DNA from: Tubulanus polymorphus
Lineage: Eukaryota; Animalia; Nemertea
DNA length: 64,000 nucleotides
Direction: 5' to 3'
NCBI RefSeq assembly: GCF_964204645.1
Contig: NW_027437467.1
Coordinates: 1 to 64,000, forward strand
Position 1 is the stretch's first letter. Every line of letters starts with the position of its first letter. The notes beneath the pieces are model-generated. The model was given only the letters and a program-made list of their open reading frames with translations. It was not told where the DNA came from and searched no databases. Below are positions 61,901-64,000 of the stretch, in pieces. The position numbers and the translations under genes are program-made.

Positions 61901-64000
61901 TTTCCTGACGATTTGAGCGCTTTTACGCATCGACATTGTCGTTTTACCGATAGGGAGAATATTCGACACGAAAACGTCTTTTCTCGCGCTTAGCGACGTT
62001 TTCGCGTCGAAAAGTGCTTTTCCTGACGATTTGAGCGCTTTTACGCATCGGCATTGTCGTTTTTCCGATAGGGGGAATATTCGAAAAGAAAACGTCTTTT
62101 CTCGCGCAGAGCGACGTTTTCGCGTCGAAAAGTGCTTTTCCTGACGATTTGAGCGCTTTTACGCATCGGCATTGTCGTTTTTCCGATAGGGGGAATATTC
62201 GATACGAAAACGTCTTTTCTCGCGCCGAACGACGTTTTCGCGTCGAAAAGTGCTTTTCCTGACGATTTGAGCGCTTTAACGCATCGACATTGTCGTTTTA
62301 CCGATAGGGAGAATATTCGACACGAAAACGTCTTTTCTCGCGCTGAGCGACGTTTTCGCGTCAAAAAGTGCTTTTCCTGACGATTTGAGCGCTTTTACGC
62401 ATCGGCATTGTCGTTTTTCCGATAGGGGGAATATCCGAAAAGAAAACGTCTTTTCTCGCGCTGAGCGACGTTTTCGCGTCGAAAAGTGCTTTTCCTGACG
62501 ATTTGAGCGCTTTTACGCATCGACATTGTCGTTTTACCGATAGTGAGAATATTCGATACGAAAACGTCTTTTCTCGCGCTGAACGACGTTTTCGCGTCGA
62601 AAAGTGCTTTTCCTGACGATTTGAGTGCTTTTACGCATCGACATTGTCGTTTTTCCGATAGGGGGAATATTGGATAAGAAAACGTCTTTTCTCGCGCTGA
62701 ACTACGTTTTCGCGTCGAAAAGTGCTTTTCCTGACGATTTGAGCGCTTTTACGCATCGACATTGTCGTTTTACCGATAGGGAGAATATTCGACACGAATA
62801 CGTCTTTTCTCGCGCTAAACGACGTTTTCGCGTCGAAAAGTGCTTTTCCTGACGATTTGAGCGCTTTTACGCATCGACATTGTCGTTTTACCGATAGGGA
62901 GAATATTCGACACGAAAACGTCTTTTCTCGCGCTGAGCGACGTTTTCGCGTCGAAAAGTGCTTTTCCTGACGATTTGAGCGCTTTTACGCATCGGCATTG
63001 TCGTTTTTCCGATAGGGGGAATATTCGAAAAGAAAACGTCTTTTCTCGCGCAGAGCGACGTTTTCGCGTCGAAAAGTGCTTTTCCTGACGATTTGAGCGC
63101 TTTTACGCATCGGCATTGTCGTTTTTCCGATAGGGGGAATATTCGATAAGAAAACGTCTTTTCTCGCGCTGAACGACGTTTTCGCGTCGAAAAGTGCTTT
63201 TCCTGACGATTTGAGCGCTTTTACGCATCGGCATTGTCGTTTTTCCGATAGGAAGAATATTCAATACGAAAACGTCTTTTCTGGCGCCGAACGACGTTTT
63301 CGCGTCGAAAAGTGCTTTTCCTGACGATTTGAGCGCTTTTACGCATCGACATTGTCGTTTTACCGATAGGGAGAATATTCGACACGAAAACGTCTTTTCT
63401 CGCTCTGAACGACGTTTTCGCGTCGAAAAGTGCTTTTCCTGACGATTTGAGCGCTTTTACGCATCGGCATTGTCGTTTTTCCGATAGGGGGAATATTCGA
63501 AAAGAAAACGTCTTTTCTCGCGCAGAGCGACGTTTTCGCGTCGAAAAGTGCTTTTCCTGACGATTTGAGCGCTTTTACGCATCGACATTGTCGTTTTACC
63601 GATAGGGGGAATATTCGACGCGAAAACGTCTTTTCTCGCTCTCAACGACGTTTTCGCGTCGAAAAGTGCTTTTCCTGACGATTTGAGCGCTTTTACGCAT
63701 CGGCATTGTCGTTTTTCCGATAGGGGGAATATTCGATACGAAAACGTCTTTTCTCGCGCTGAACGACGTTTTCGCGTCGAAAAGTGCTTTTCCCTGACGA
63801 TTTGAGCGCTTTTACGCATCGACATTGTCGTTTTTCCGATAGGGGGAATATTCGAAAAGAAAACGTCTTTTCTCGCGCAGAGCGACGTTTTCGCGTCGAA
63901 AAGTGCTTTTCCTGACGATTTGAGCGCTTTTACGCATCGGCATTGTCGTTTTTCCGATAGGGGGAATATTCGAAAAGAAAACGTCTTTTCTCGCGCAGGG

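Larger units (their letters stand above)
24140..64000 (+). repeat. 118-bp tandem satellite array, right part (~338 monomers; runs to window end)
   Basis: Same monomer and orientation as the left part. Confidence 0.99.

Noticed and set aside
168-63825. Over a hundred 60-190 aa ORFs (MRIFDTK..., MSMRKSAQ..., etc.) on both strands
   Set aside because: They are translations of the 118-bp satellite. They recur with the monomer, often start at GTG/TTG, lengthen only where indels shift the frame, and show no recognisable domains.
1-64000. CRISPR-like array (palindromic repeat units)
   Set aside because: There are no unique spacers because the whole unit is repeated, there are no cas genes, and the context is eukaryotic.

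Overview
Eukaryotic, probably invertebrate, satellite-DNA window. About 58 kb is a head-to-tail array of a 118-bp, ~46% GC, very CpG-rich monomer (roughly 490 copies, all in one orientation). It is interrupted once, at 18124-24139, by an intact 6016-bp BEL/Pao LTR retrotransposon with identical 242-bp LTRs, a 5-bp CGCCG target-site duplication, a tRNA-His primer-binding site, a single Gag-PR-RT-RH-IN ORF with a YVDN RT motif, and no env. Each monomer contains a 17-bp quasi-palindrome (monomer positions 59-75 and 92-108, 16-bp spacer). The retrotransposon inserted in that spacer next to the dyad axis. Several rare monomer variants are exact arm-to-arm copies that perfect the palindrome, which points to template-switch mutagenesis at a hairpin or cruciform. 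The array has no single fixed higher-order repeat; it is built from nested 7- to 30-monomer tandem duplications plus 35-52 kb long-range duplications. All the short ORFs in the ORF track are artefacts of the repeat. Monomer positions are numbered from the copy at 1-118.
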